Below, in pieces: positions 21,629 to 30,864 of a stretch of 64,000 bases of DNA. The first letter of the stretch is position 1. Every line of letters starts with the position of its first letter. This DNA is from Candidatus Heimdallarchaeota archaeon (lineage in GTDB: Archaea; Asgardarchaeota; Heimdallarchaeia; Heimdallarchaeales; Heimdallarchaeaceae). Under the pieces are notes generated by a model. The model had not been told where the DNA came from. It made no database searches and saw only the letters and a list, made by a program, of their open reading frames with translations. The stretch covers positions 280,976 to 344,975 of the forward strand of contig JAUVXV010000004.1 of NCBI GenBank assembly GCA_030603365.1. Direction: 5' to 3'. Position numbers and translations under genes: made by a program.

Positions 21629-22528
21629 CTAAATCAATCCTCTTTCCATAAGTATTTTGAATTCATCGAGAGTTAATTTTGCTCCGTCTTTATATCTTAC
21701 CAGAATTTCTTCAGCTTTACCATCAAGTCTTTGCTCTCTAACTTTCTTAGCTTCCACCTTTCTAGCTTTACGGGCGGCATATACTTGTTCTCCAAGTTCA
21801 CTTGAGACTTTCTTAACTGCTTGAGTAAGTCCATCTAATTCTTTACGAATACCACTTATAGTTGAGCTCAAAGCTATGATCTCTGCATGAGATTCATCAG
21901 CTTCTTCTTTGATTTTCTTAGCTTCTTTTGTTGCTGCAATCATTTTTTCTTGATGAATCTGAGATTCTTGTGCTAATGTAGTAACACTTGTATGATATGT
22001 TTTGATTTCTGTTTGCATATGACGAAGTTTGGTTTGTATGTCTCTAAATTCACTTCTCAGATCTTTAAATTGTTCTAATTTTTCAAATTCTGAACTTAGT
22101 TCTTCAAGTTGTTGTAAAGTTTGTTTTTCCATTTCCTTCGTTAAAAAGGGTGTAGTTTCCAATTGTCTTTCAAGACGACGAATTCTGTCCCCCACTCTTC
22201 TATTCTTAGGAACACTTATGTTTTTCAGCTGTGAACCAAGCTCAATGATTCTTTTTCCTATTTTATCTGCATCCTCACGAAGAATGTCTCGCATTTGCTT
22301 TCGAATTTGAACTTCCTCATTGATTTGGTCTCGTTTATCCTTAGAATTTCTAGCTCCCTCAAAAAGTTCTCTAGATAATTGATTGTTTTTATCTCTTATA
22401 CTTCGTAATCCGTCTCTTTTAGAGTTGCATGATCTGAGCTTGTCAATTAATTTTTTTCGTCTTAGTCGAATCTCAGTAAGATATTCTCTCTTCTCGTCCA
22501 AGCTCATTTCTTCTGTTTCCGTACTCAT
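21629..22528 (-). CDS. Archaeal long coiled-coil protein (COG1340-like), paralog 1
   Basis: Heptad-rich; LETT motif; C-terminal GAKLTLDEFKILMERGLI. Confidence 0.8.
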   Translation of the reverse strand: MSTETEEMSLDEKREYLTEIRLRRKKLIDKLRSCNSKRDGLRSIRDKNNQLSRELFEGARNSKDKRDQINEEVQIRKQMRDILREDADKIGKRIIELGSQLKNISVPKNRRVGDRIRRLERQLETTPFLTKEMEKQTLQQLEELSSEFEKLEQFKDLRSEFRDIQTKLRHMQTEIKTYHTSVTTLAQESQIHQEKMIAATKEAKKIKEEADESHAEIIALSSTISGIRKELDGLTQAVKKVSSELGEQVYAARKARKVEAKKVREQRLDGKAEEILVRYKDGAKLTLDEFKILMERGLI

Positions 22529-22661
22529 CGTTAGTTCACATTGGGTGGAATTACATGTACCGTATCGGTTAAACCTATCTACGAAGAAGATAAATTCAAT
22601 TTAAATTTTTTGACAACATACTGTGTCTTTTTTTTCAGAAAATTGAGTGCCCTTTTTGCAT

Positions 22662-22820
22662 TTATTTTTTGTTTGATCTTTTCATTCTCAGTTGTTTAGA
22701 TCGGCATTTACGACATTTAGTTGCTGTTAATGGATTTGTAGCATAACATTTACGACAAACTTTTTTTTCCATGATATGTGATCTTGCTATAGCTCTATAT
22801 TCTGGGTTTGTTACTGGCAC
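22662..22820 (-). CDS. rpl40e: 50S ribosomal protein eL40 (absent from the ORF track, <60 aa)
   Basis: GTG-started 52-aa ORF MPVTNPEYRAIARSHIMEKKVCRKCYATNPLTATKCRKCRSKQLRMKRSNKK. Confidence 0.93.
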   Translation of the reverse strand: MPVTNPEYRAIARSHIMEKKVCRKCYATNPLTATKCRKCRSKQLRMKRSNKK

Positions 22821-22931
22821 TAAGGCTCACCTCAATTGTTCTGTTTGTTTGCAATTAACAGTCTAATAAAAGCATTTCTATTAATAGCAAAAGTTATATA
22901 ATTTTGAAGATTACTAGTTGAATTTAAGAGT

Positions 22932-23378
22932 TTAAATATACCTGTATTGAAACTTCTCTTTAACAAAATCAAGCAACTCTTCAAGCTTTACCCAGTCTTT
23001 TTCCCCCTTCATAGCTAGGACGGTCTCTATTTCTTCTTTGTAATCACGTAAATCCTTGATATCTGCAATAAAAGTATTAATCTCTTCTTTATTTGTATTA
23101 ATTTTTTCTGGGATATCATCAAAAGATATGCTTATGTCTAAAACCGTTAAATCTTCATTTTCTTTTGCAATGAGCAATGCCGTAACTTCAGTGTCGAGTT
23201 TCTGTATTCGTGAATTTAATGATAGAATTCTTTGATTAATCATTACCAACAAATCTTCAGCGCGAGATGATAGGGGATTTTTATCTTCTTTCTTACGTTT
23301 AACTATGAAGACTATTATTGCTATTATCAATAATAATCCCAAACTAACCCCCAGTGCTATGTAAAAAGCAATATTCAT
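22932..23378 (-). CDS. Membrane-anchored coiled-coil hypothetical protein
   Basis: N-terminal TM helix plus KRKK, then heptads. Confidence 0.7.
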   Translation of the reverse strand: MNIAFYIALGVSLGLLLIIAIIVFIVKRKKEDKNPLSSRAEDLLVMINQRILSLNSRIQKLDTEVTALLIAKENEDLTVLDISISFDDIPEKINTNKEEINTFIADIKDLRDYKEEIETVLAMKGEKDWVKLEELLDFVKEKFQYRYI

Positions 23379-23808
23379 TTTATCAAGTAAAATTTAGTAC
23401 GAGGCTATTTAAACTTAAGCAAATCATTTCATTTCTTGAAATTACTACTCAACTTTTTGACCTAACAATTTGAATTTGTGTAATATGGGAACTTTTTTAT
23501 TTCATACTTTGTTATAGAATATAGAACTGAATAATATAGTTCGACATATTAAACAGCCAGGTAAAGAATACCTGAAACGTTAATGTGAGTTTACAAAATA
23601 AAATGATGGATAAAACTCACCCTATCACGATTACAATCAAATTACTTTACATTACCTATACAAACAAGTGTGATAAATGAAAAAAAGTATAATTTAGTTT
23701 TAACTAAATTTTATTAAAGTTAAAGTAGGGTAGGAGTTTATAGGTTTTCCATCGTTTTGTTGTAAGCTAAAGTTACCAAAATACAAAGCAACACATAAGG
23801 TGAAATAA

Positions 23809-25428
23809 ATGGGTGTTAAAACAGATAACTCAACAACAAAATACGAAATACGTGCATCTTTTGATATTGATGGTATTGTAGAAAAACCAGATATTATCGG
23901 AGGAATTTATGGACAAACGGATGGATTACTTAGTGAAAATCTAGATATCCGTGAGCTCCAAAAAACAGGCAGAATAGGAAGGATTAATGTTGAGCTTAGT
24001 AGTAGAGGAGGAAAAACTTCAGGGAGAATTTTTATTCCTACAAGTTTATCTCGTATGGAAACTGCCATATTAGCTGCAACTCTTGAGACAGTTGATCGCG
24101 TAGGACCATGCAATTGTGCGATAAAACTCGAAGAAATAGTAGATGTGAGAATTAGTAAGCGTCAGAGCATTGTTGATCGTGCATCTGAAATTATTAGACA
24201 ATGGGACCAAAATGTTAGTCCATTTTCTACAAACATTAGTTCAGCAGTAGAAAAATCAGCTAAAGCAAGTCATGTAGTAAGTATCAGTGATGAAGGATTT
24301 TCTGCAGGACCTGGTTTTGAGAAACAAAAGAAGATTATTCTCGTTGAAGGTAGAGCTGATGTTGTTAATCTCCTCAAATATGGGGTTGATAACACAGTAG
24401 CAGTAAATGGAACTAGTATTCCTCCAAAATTGATTAAGTTAATCTCAAAGAAAACAGTAACTGCATTTTTAGATGGGGACAGAGGTGGAGATCTTATACT
24501 CAAAGAACTTCTACAAGTTTCCCACGTAGAATATGTAGCTCGAGCTCCTCTTGGAAAAGAAGTAGAAGATTTGAATAAGAAAGAAGTTAGTAAAGCTTTA
24601 GGTGACGCTGTTCAATTAGATAAAGCTATATTCCTTACTGGAACAGATGAGGGACTTACAGTTCAAGAATTTCTTGAAAAATCAAAACCTCAGAAAAAGA
24701 AACTTCGATTAGGATCTAAATCTAAAAAAGCAGCTTTATTTAAGAAAGATAAGGCAAAACTAAAAGAAGCAACTGTAAAGGTTATAAAATCAACTCCAGT
24801 ATCTCGTAAAACAGAAATTAAATCAACAAAACCTGTACCAAAAGATACTAGACCTAAAACAGATCGTGAAGTAGAACGTCCTACTAGAAAACCTGTTTCA
24901 GAGAAACCAGCTATTCCAAGAAAGCCAATAACAACAAGACGTACTCCTACTCAAACACGAGGACCTGGAAGACCTCCAGTACGATCTTCGAGTCATTCCT
25001 CTTCAACTAGGTCTTATAGTAGACCTCCAAGTAGATCTTCAAGCAGACCTCAAAGTAGGTCCTCCGGTAGACCCTCTGGACGTCCCAGCTCTCGAACTGG
25101 ATCATCATCAAGACCCCCAAGAAGGGAAATAAGAAAGGTCGAATTACCCGAATATCTCTCAAAAGCTGTTAAGGAAATCAAAACTAAGCTTGAAGCAGTT
25201 ATTTTTGATGAATCAGATAAAGAGATTCTACGAAGTTCAGCTGCAGAAGTTTTTGATAATTTAGGCAAAATCGAGAAGGGTAAAGTACTAGTTATAGATG
25301 GTGTGATTACCCAAAGATTACTTGAAAGATCTAAGGAAAAAGGGATTTCAACAGTAATTGGAGCTCGACAAGGTGAGATTTCAAAGAAACCAACAAACGT
25401 GAAACTTATTGAATTTAAGCACGTTTAA
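23809..25428 (+). CDS. dnaG: Archaeal DnaG (TOPRIM; exosome-associated) with a long low-complexity insert
   Basis: ELQKTGRIGRI, VEGRADVVNLL, DGDRGG, DGVITQRL. Confidence 0.95.
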   Translation: MGVKTDNSTTKYEIRASFDIDGIVEKPDIIGGIYGQTDGLLSENLDIRELQKTGRIGRINVELSSRGGKTSGRIFIPTSLSRMETAILAATLETVDRVGPCNCAIKLEEIVDVRISKRQSIVDRASEIIRQWDQNVSPFSTNISSAVEKSAKASHVVSISDEGFSAGPGFEKQKKIILVEGRADVVNLLKYGVDNTVAVNGTSIPPKLIKLISKKTVTAFLDGDRGGDLILKELLQVSHVEYVARAPLGKEVEDLNKKEVSKALGDAVQLDKAIFLTGTDEGLTVQEFLEKSKPQKKKLRLGSKSKKAALFKKDKAKLKEATVKVIKSTPVSRKTEIKSTKPVPKDTRPKTDREVERPTRKPVSEKPAIPRKPITTRRTPTQTRGPGRPPVRSSSHSSSTRSYSRPPSRSSSRPQSRSSGRPSGRPSSRTGSSSRPPRREIRKVELPEYLSKAVKEIKTKLEAVIFDESDKEILRSSAAEVFDNLGKIEKGKVLVIDGVITQRLLERSKEKGISTVIGARQGEISKKPTNVKLIEFKHV

Positions 25429-25585
25429 TCCTTTCTTTTTTTTTCTCCATAATATTTATGAATTGGTTTTAAATATTAAATATGAGATGATGCCCTTGGA
25501 ATATCAATAACTCTAAACACGAATTCTTTTACTTATGTTATGATAAAATTGGCGTCCTCTGATTCTATTCTAAAAATTCAGGTGA

Positions 25586-26659
25586 TTGTGTATGACCATT
25601 GAGGATAAGGTAAAATTAGTTGTTAAAAATACTGAAGAAGTAATTCTTGAGTCTGAAATACAAGAAATGCTAGAAAGAAAGAAAACACCTAAAACATATA
25701 TTGGCTTTGAATTATCTGGTTTAGTTCACCTAGGAACTGGAATTGTGTGTGGCAATAAGCTTAAGGATCTTATTAAAGCAGGTTTTGAAACAATTGTGTT
25801 TTTAGCTGATTGGCATAGCTGGATAAACAACAAACTTGGTGCTGATATGGAAAAAATCCAGCTCGCTGGGGAATATTTCAAAAAAGCTTTCGAGTCTGTT
25901 GGTGTTAAAGGTTCAAATGTGAAATATATCTGGGGTTCAGAGTTAGTAGAAAAGATTACTTATTGGGAGAAAGTAGTAAGAGTAGCTAAGTCTAATTCAT
26001 TAACTAGGATGCTTCGTACTCTCCCAATTATGGGTAGAAAGTCTGAAGGCGAACTTGAATCAGCATTCCTGTACTATCCTGCAATGCAAGTGGCAGATAT
26101 TTTTGATATGGAGATTGATTTAGCATATGGAGGTATGGATCAAAGGAAAGCTCATATGCTTGCTCGTGATACTGCAGAGAAATTAGGAATACCTAAGCCG
26201 ACGTGCATACACACTCCACTTCTAACTGGATTGCAGGGATATGGTAAGAAAATGGATGCTGAAATATTGCCGGATTTATCTGATCAAATTGATGTCAAGA
26301 TGTCCAAATCAAGACCGGAAACCTGTATATTTATCCATGATTCCGAAGAAAAAATTAAGGAAAAGCTAAAGAAAGCAAACTGTCCTCCTAAACAGGTAGT
26401 AGCTAATCCTGTAACAGAAATAGTTCAATATATTTTCTTCGATGCACTTGACGAATTTAAGATAGAGAGAGAAGAAAAATTTGGAGGAGACATGTCCTAT
26501 CAATCATTTGATTCTTTTAGACAAGATTATGTTGAAGGGAAAATTCATCCTCAAGACCTCAAGACCAATGTTGCTAGAACACTTAATCAACTCTTAAAAC
26601 CTTCAAGAAGTTATTTTGATAACCATGAGGATATTATTGAGGAAGTGAAAAAGCTTTAA
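25586..26659 (+). CDS. tyrS: Tyrosine--tRNA ligase (archaeal/eukaryal type)
   Basis: YIGFELSGLVHLG, ADWH, YPAMQVAD, GGMDQRK, KMSKS. Confidence 0.95.
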   Translation: MCMTIEDKVKLVVKNTEEVILESEIQEMLERKKTPKTYIGFELSGLVHLGTGIVCGNKLKDLIKAGFETIVFLADWHSWINNKLGADMEKIQLAGEYFKKAFESVGVKGSNVKYIWGSELVEKITYWEKVVRVAKSNSLTRMLRTLPIMGRKSEGELESAFLYYPAMQVADIFDMEIDLAYGGMDQRKAHMLARDTAEKLGIPKPTCIHTPLLTGLQGYGKKMDAEILPDLSDQIDVKMSKSRPETCIFIHDSEEKIKEKLKKANCPPKQVVANPVTEIVQYIFFDALDEFKIEREEKFGGDMSYQSFDSFRQDYVEGKIHPQDLKTNVARTLNQLLKPSRSYFDNHEDIIEEVKKL

Positions 26660-26723
26660 CTTGTTTTCTTGTGCATGAAATAGTAAATGACAAAAAAGTT
26701 CAATACAGAAGTAAACAGATGGA

Positions 26724-26950
26724 ATATGCCTTTATCGAGGACTTTCTAGAGATGGCGTTTGCTAACAAGGAAAGAAAGTGCAAATAAAAGGCAAAAGACT
26801 GCCAACGGGCTCCTATGGAGTAGAGTGGAACTCTACACAATGAAGTAAGGGCAACCCTGGTGGACAACAGTTGCTCCTGAGGAGCTCAACTAACTGATAT
26901 GGGAACATCCCTAAAAATGATGTTTAGAGTTAACCTCAGGGGCATTATAT
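26724..26950 (+). ncRNA. Candidate structured non-coding RNA of unknown family
   Basis: GC-enriched intergenic island. Terminal stem ATGCCTTT..GAGG / CCTC.AGGGGCAT plus several internal hairpins; the G-U pairs favour the + strand. Confidence 0.6.
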
Positions 26951-27010
26951 CTCATTTTTAAGCGCAATCAGAAAAAATAAATAACAATTCAATAAATATC
27001 CAGTGTTTAT

Positions 27011-27088
27011 GGGGCAGTGATCTAGCCTGGTTATGATGTCTCGCTCACACCGAGAAAATCCGCGGTTCAAGTCCGCGCTGCCCCACCA
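27011..27088 (+). tRNA. tRNA-Val(CAC)
   Basis: GGGGCAG acceptor stem, anticodon loop CT-CAC-AC, GGTTCAAGTCC T-arm, encoded CCA. Confidence 0.95.
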
Positions 27089-27117
27089 TTCTAATACTAA
27101 GATTAAAGGATGATAAT

Positions 27118-28098
27118 ATGCAAGATAATCCTCCCCTAGAACCTTATACATTCGTTGATTTATTTTCAGGAGCAGGAGGATTTAGTCTTGGTTTTGTCCA
27201 AATGAAATTCAAGGATATGTTAGCTTTAGAAAAAGATGAAACAGTAGCCAAAACGTACAAAATGAATTTTCCAAATTCTAAAGTCCTTGTTACAGATATA
27301 AGAAAGATTCACAGCCTTGAGATAATAAATAAAATTGGAAGTAATGTTGATGTGCTCTTAGCATCACCTCCCTGTGAACCTTTTACTTCAGCTAATCCCA
27401 GAAGAAAAAAAACACCATGGGAACGATTTTATGAAGATCCACAAGGTGATTTAATATTCCACGCAATTAGACTCATAGGTGACTTGACGCCTAAATTCTT
27501 TGTTATAGAAAATGTTTTTCCGATTGCGGAACAGAATGCAAGAAATATCCTTCAAGAAGAATTTAATTCTGTTGGTTACGATAAAGTTTTTTTTAATTAT
27601 GTATCTGCAGAAGAACATGGCTGCCCCAGTATAAGAAGGAGAGTTTTCATATCAAATTTAAAATTTCAACTACCATCTCAAAAGAAAATCTCTGTTAGGA
27701 GGGCAATTTTTGATTTACCACCACCTAATCTTCCTAACGATTATGAACATCATTTTACATTCCCTTTTGCTAAACAAGCAGAACGCAAAGCATTCAAAAT
27801 ACAGAAAGGAGATGCAGCAGTCCATTTCAAAAGCGCAAAAGGGGAAAAGAGAAACTGGATAAAACTTGATGAAGATAATATCGCCCCAACAGTAATGGGA
27901 AAATCTAGATTTATTCACCCTACAGAAAATCGTCCATTAACAATTCGAGAACAAGCAAGATTATTGAGTTTTCCGGATGATTTCCATTTCTCAGGGTCTG
28001 TTGAAGAGATGTTTAATCAAATTGGAGAATCAGTTCCACCTGTAATCTCCCGAAAAATAGCTGAGATAATTAGAAATAAGATTCAAAACAAAAAATGA
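27118..28098 (+). CDS. Orphan C5-cytosine DNA methyltransferase
   Basis: DLFSGAGG (I), SPPCEPF (IV), ENV (VI), RRRVF (VIII), REQARL and QIGESVPP (IX/X). Confidence 0.92.
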   Translation: MQDNPPLEPYTFVDLFSGAGGFSLGFVQMKFKDMLALEKDETVAKTYKMNFPNSKVLVTDIRKIHSLEIINKIGSNVDVLLASPPCEPFTSANPRRKKTPWERFYEDPQGDLIFHAIRLIGDLTPKFFVIENVFPIAEQNARNILQEEFNSVGYDKVFFNYVSAEEHGCPSIRRRVFISNLKFQLPSQKKISVRRAIFDLPPPNLPNDYEHHFTFPFAKQAERKAFKIQKGDAAVHFKSAKGEKRNWIKLDEDNIAPTVMGKSRFIHPTENRPLTIREQARLLSFPDDFHFSGSVEEMFNQIGESVPPVISRKIAEIIRNKIQNKK

Positions 28099-28103
28099 TA
28101 ATT

Positions 28104-28775
28104 CTAGATGGAAGTAAAGACATCACCCAAACTTGAAAAAACTAATGCAAGGGGTACATCTAGAATTTTGTGGAAAGTTTTTCGAGCTTTTTTAATTGAA
28201 AATAGATCTGTTGTCGAGTGAATTTTTCCTGTACGATTTACTGTTGTAAAAGAATCTTTTGCAACCCAAATTAATCGATTTTCTCCTCTTCGGGCAATAA
28301 TTTCCTCTGTTCCTACAAGGAATGTGGATTCATTATTGATGAACCATAGAGAAGCTGGATTATATGTTTGTATCATAATTCCTTTTTTCTCTTCGTATGT
28401 TATATAATCCTCTCTTTTGATTTGAAGCCTATATTTGTTTATTACTTCTTCATAATGATATATTTCTTCTAATGGTGGGATCTCTTTCACCTGATCTCTT
28501 GTAAGAAAAGGGAGCTGGACAGGGAAGAGAAGAGCAGTAGAATACGTTTCTTCTATAATCTCCCCCACCGCTCCTTCTTTTGTATGAACAAGTAAATCAG
28601 CGATTATCCCTATGGGACCATCAAGTAGAAAACCTATTTGTCGGTTTTTCTTTTCATCAAATATTGGTAAAAGGATGGAATTTTTAGATATTGAAACTTT
28701 GACATGTTTATTATTAAATGTGTATTCGAAGCTATGTGTTGTCTTCAAAGGTCGATTTTTTACAGTTAATTTCAT
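28104..28775 (-). CDS. Hypothetical protein
   Basis: 223-aa ORF, co-oriented with and 17 bp from the ArsR-domain gene. Confidence 0.7.
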   Translation of the reverse strand: MKLTVKNRPLKTTHSFEYTFNNKHVKVSISKNSILLPIFDEKKNRQIGFLLDGPIGIIADLLVHTKEGAVGEIIEETYSTALLFPVQLPFLTRDQVKEIPPLEEIYHYEEVINKYRLQIKREDYITYEEKKGIMIQTYNPASLWFINNESTFLVGTEEIIARRGENRLIWVAKDSFTTVNRTGKIHSTTDLFSIKKARKTFHKILDVPLALVFSSLGDVFTSI

Positions 28776-28792
28776 TTTGGTTCCTCCAAAAC

Positions 28793-30130
28793 TTATTCAA
28801 TATCTATATCTATGTCCTCGTTTTCTTTATCAAATTCTTCTTCTAATCGTTTTTTTCTTAAATAAATTATCTCAGAAAGTTTTAGAGCTTCTAGCCCCAA
28901 TTGTGTTATTAGATATCGTCCTCTAATTGCCTCTCTTGTGATGAAATTTTCATCTTGAAGGATATCGGTATGGTGTTTAAAAGTTCCACCTCTCAATCCT
29001 GTGTCTTCTGAGAGCTCTTTCTGATATTGAGGAGAAAGTTCTAGAATTTTAAGAATCGTTAAACGTTTTTTATCTCCAAGAGCTGAAAGTAAATCAGATG
29101 CTTCTTCATAAAACTCTTCTAGTGAGTGGGTTGCCACTCTTCCATTAGAGTGTAGTAATGTGGGGATATCATCATTATCTCCAACTTTGATTACTCTTCT
29201 AGTTACTTTCTTTCCTTCTCCCCAAGCATTCCTTAGTGTTGATTCGAGATTCTTTCCTACTGAATTGGCTACTTTGCTAATATATTCAGCTATTGTTCCA
29301 TCAACATCAAAATCAACGGGACCAACAACTCTGACCCCCTTATGTTTATGAGCAGTATGTGTCTTTGTTGCTCTTCTTTGCAATCTAGCAAATTCTCTTT
29401 TTATTTGAGCTAACATAGATCTAGTATCACTTAGATTTTTCATGGCATCTCTGAGGTTTCGATCATTCTCTTTTAATTCTCTCTCTATTTCCACTTGTTG
29501 TTCAAGATTATTCTCCCTGTAGGCTCTCTCAAGACGACGACGAATACCAGAAGCTGTTCTTCTGACTGTTTCCACATTTCTTCTTTCTTCTTCTACATCT
29601 CTTTGTGCTTCGTCAATGTCTTTTCTAGAGTGCTTAATGTCTCTACTCATTTCCTTGTATTCTTCGTCAGTTATTTCTACAGCTCTAGTTATTTTGTCTG
29701 TTTCAGTCTCTAAGAATTTATTGAACTCTTTTTTCATTTTCTCAGAGATTTTGTCTGCAGTCTTCATACCTTCCCGTGTTGCTTTCTCAACCTTTTTCTT
29801 CAAGTCTTTGAGTTTTTCTTTAAATTCTTCTGAATCAAAATGAAAATCTTCTCCAAAAAATGGCTGTGGTTCTGGCCGTGGTTCAGGCCTTGGTCCCATT
29901 GGAGGTCTGGGTTCCTCCAGACTATCTCGATGAAGAGAGTCTTTTTGCATTCTGCGTTTTTCTCTATTCAGTCTCTTAATGTCTTGTAACAATCTCTTTT
30001 TTGTTTGTTCTTGTTCTTCAGCATCCAAATCTTTGTATGCTTCTTTTTGAGATTTAGATAAATTTTTGATTAAATCTTTTAGTTCATCTATTTCTTCTCT
30101 CAATTCATTTATTTCTTCATCTTTTGTCAT
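28793..30130 (-). CDS. Coiled-coil protein with C-terminal ArsR-family winged-helix domain
   Basis: LSALGDKKRLTILKIL...GGTFKHH...L...I...RGRYLIT; long heptad region; PRPE repeats. Confidence 0.85.
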   Translation of the reverse strand: MTKDEEINELREEIDELKDLIKNLSKSQKEAYKDLDAEEQEQTKKRLLQDIKRLNREKRRMQKDSLHRDSLEEPRPPMGPRPEPRPEPQPFFGEDFHFDSEEFKEKLKDLKKKVEKATREGMKTADKISEKMKKEFNKFLETETDKITRAVEITDEEYKEMSRDIKHSRKDIDEAQRDVEEERRNVETVRRTASGIRRRLERAYRENNLEQQVEIERELKENDRNLRDAMKNLSDTRSMLAQIKREFARLQRRATKTHTAHKHKGVRVVGPVDFDVDGTIAEYISKVANSVGKNLESTLRNAWGEGKKVTRRVIKVGDNDDIPTLLHSNGRVATHSLEEFYEEASDLLSALGDKKRLTILKILELSPQYQKELSEDTGLRGGTFKHHTDILQDENFITREAIRGRYLITQLGLEALKLSEIIYLRKKRLEEEFDKENEDIDIDIE

Positions 30131-30141
30131 AATTTATCACC

Positions 30142-30511
30142 TTAGTAATTAGAAATACTCCCCCCATGGGTTGAATCAAAATTGGATTCAAATGTTTCTC
30201 TCAAGCCTTCGCGGAGCTCTGAAAGATTTTCGTTTAAATCTGCTAACATTTCTTTTATGGATTTCTTCAAATCTTTAGAAAGAAACTTCATTGATTCTTT
30301 TATTTCTTCAACCATATCTTCAAGAGTACTATCTACAAATTCTTCATAGTTATCTTTTCTCATTTTAGTATCACCAAACAACTTCATAGCTTGTTTGTTT
30401 TCTTTTTACAACCCTTCTTGCTTTTTCTAACTGGTTCATTTCATCTTTTAATCTGCGGATCTCCTGATCCAAATTTTTCAGCGTTTCTTCCTGGTTCATA
30501 TCTAACACCAT
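30142..30511 (-). pseudogene. Small coiled-coil protein split by a frameshift in an A-run (~30405)
   Basis: Upstream 46-codon ORF MVLDMNQEETLKNLDQEIRRLKDEMNQLEKARRVVK... joins ORF 30142-30387 (…KENKQAMKLFG) if one A is removed. Confidence 0.55.
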
Positions 30512-30864
30512 TCTTATGACTTACATCATTCTGCTCTAAATTACAGTTTCTTGTAAGTATTCATGTTGTTGTTTATAAATATTACTATTCTGTATGTAAA
30601 GTACACAAATATGTAAATAATCTGAATGCGCTCTTTTAGAGGCTGAAAGCACTACATTGGGACACCACATGTGATTATAATGCGCAAAATATCATTGACA
30701 ATAGTAAATAACCTATTTGTAGATATTGCGTAGATGATACTTATTCATTTTATTGAAAGTTGTATTTTAAAGCTAAAGAGTGAATATAATTTAGGTATAT
30801 TAACCAAAATAAAGATAGAATTACAAGAATATATCTGATACTAAATGCTCAATGAGGTAATTAT

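Noticed and set aside
26724-26950. RNase P RNA, hammerhead ribozyme or SECIS identity for the structured RNA
   Set aside because: No GAGGAAxUCC/ACAGAA P4 consensus. CUGAGGA is present but no GAAA follows a stem II. The AUGAA...UGA stem lacks SECIS geometry, and no in-frame-TGA selenoprotein gene is adjacent.
26945-27151. 68-aa minus-strand ORF
   Set aside because: Antisense to tRNA-Val; spurious.
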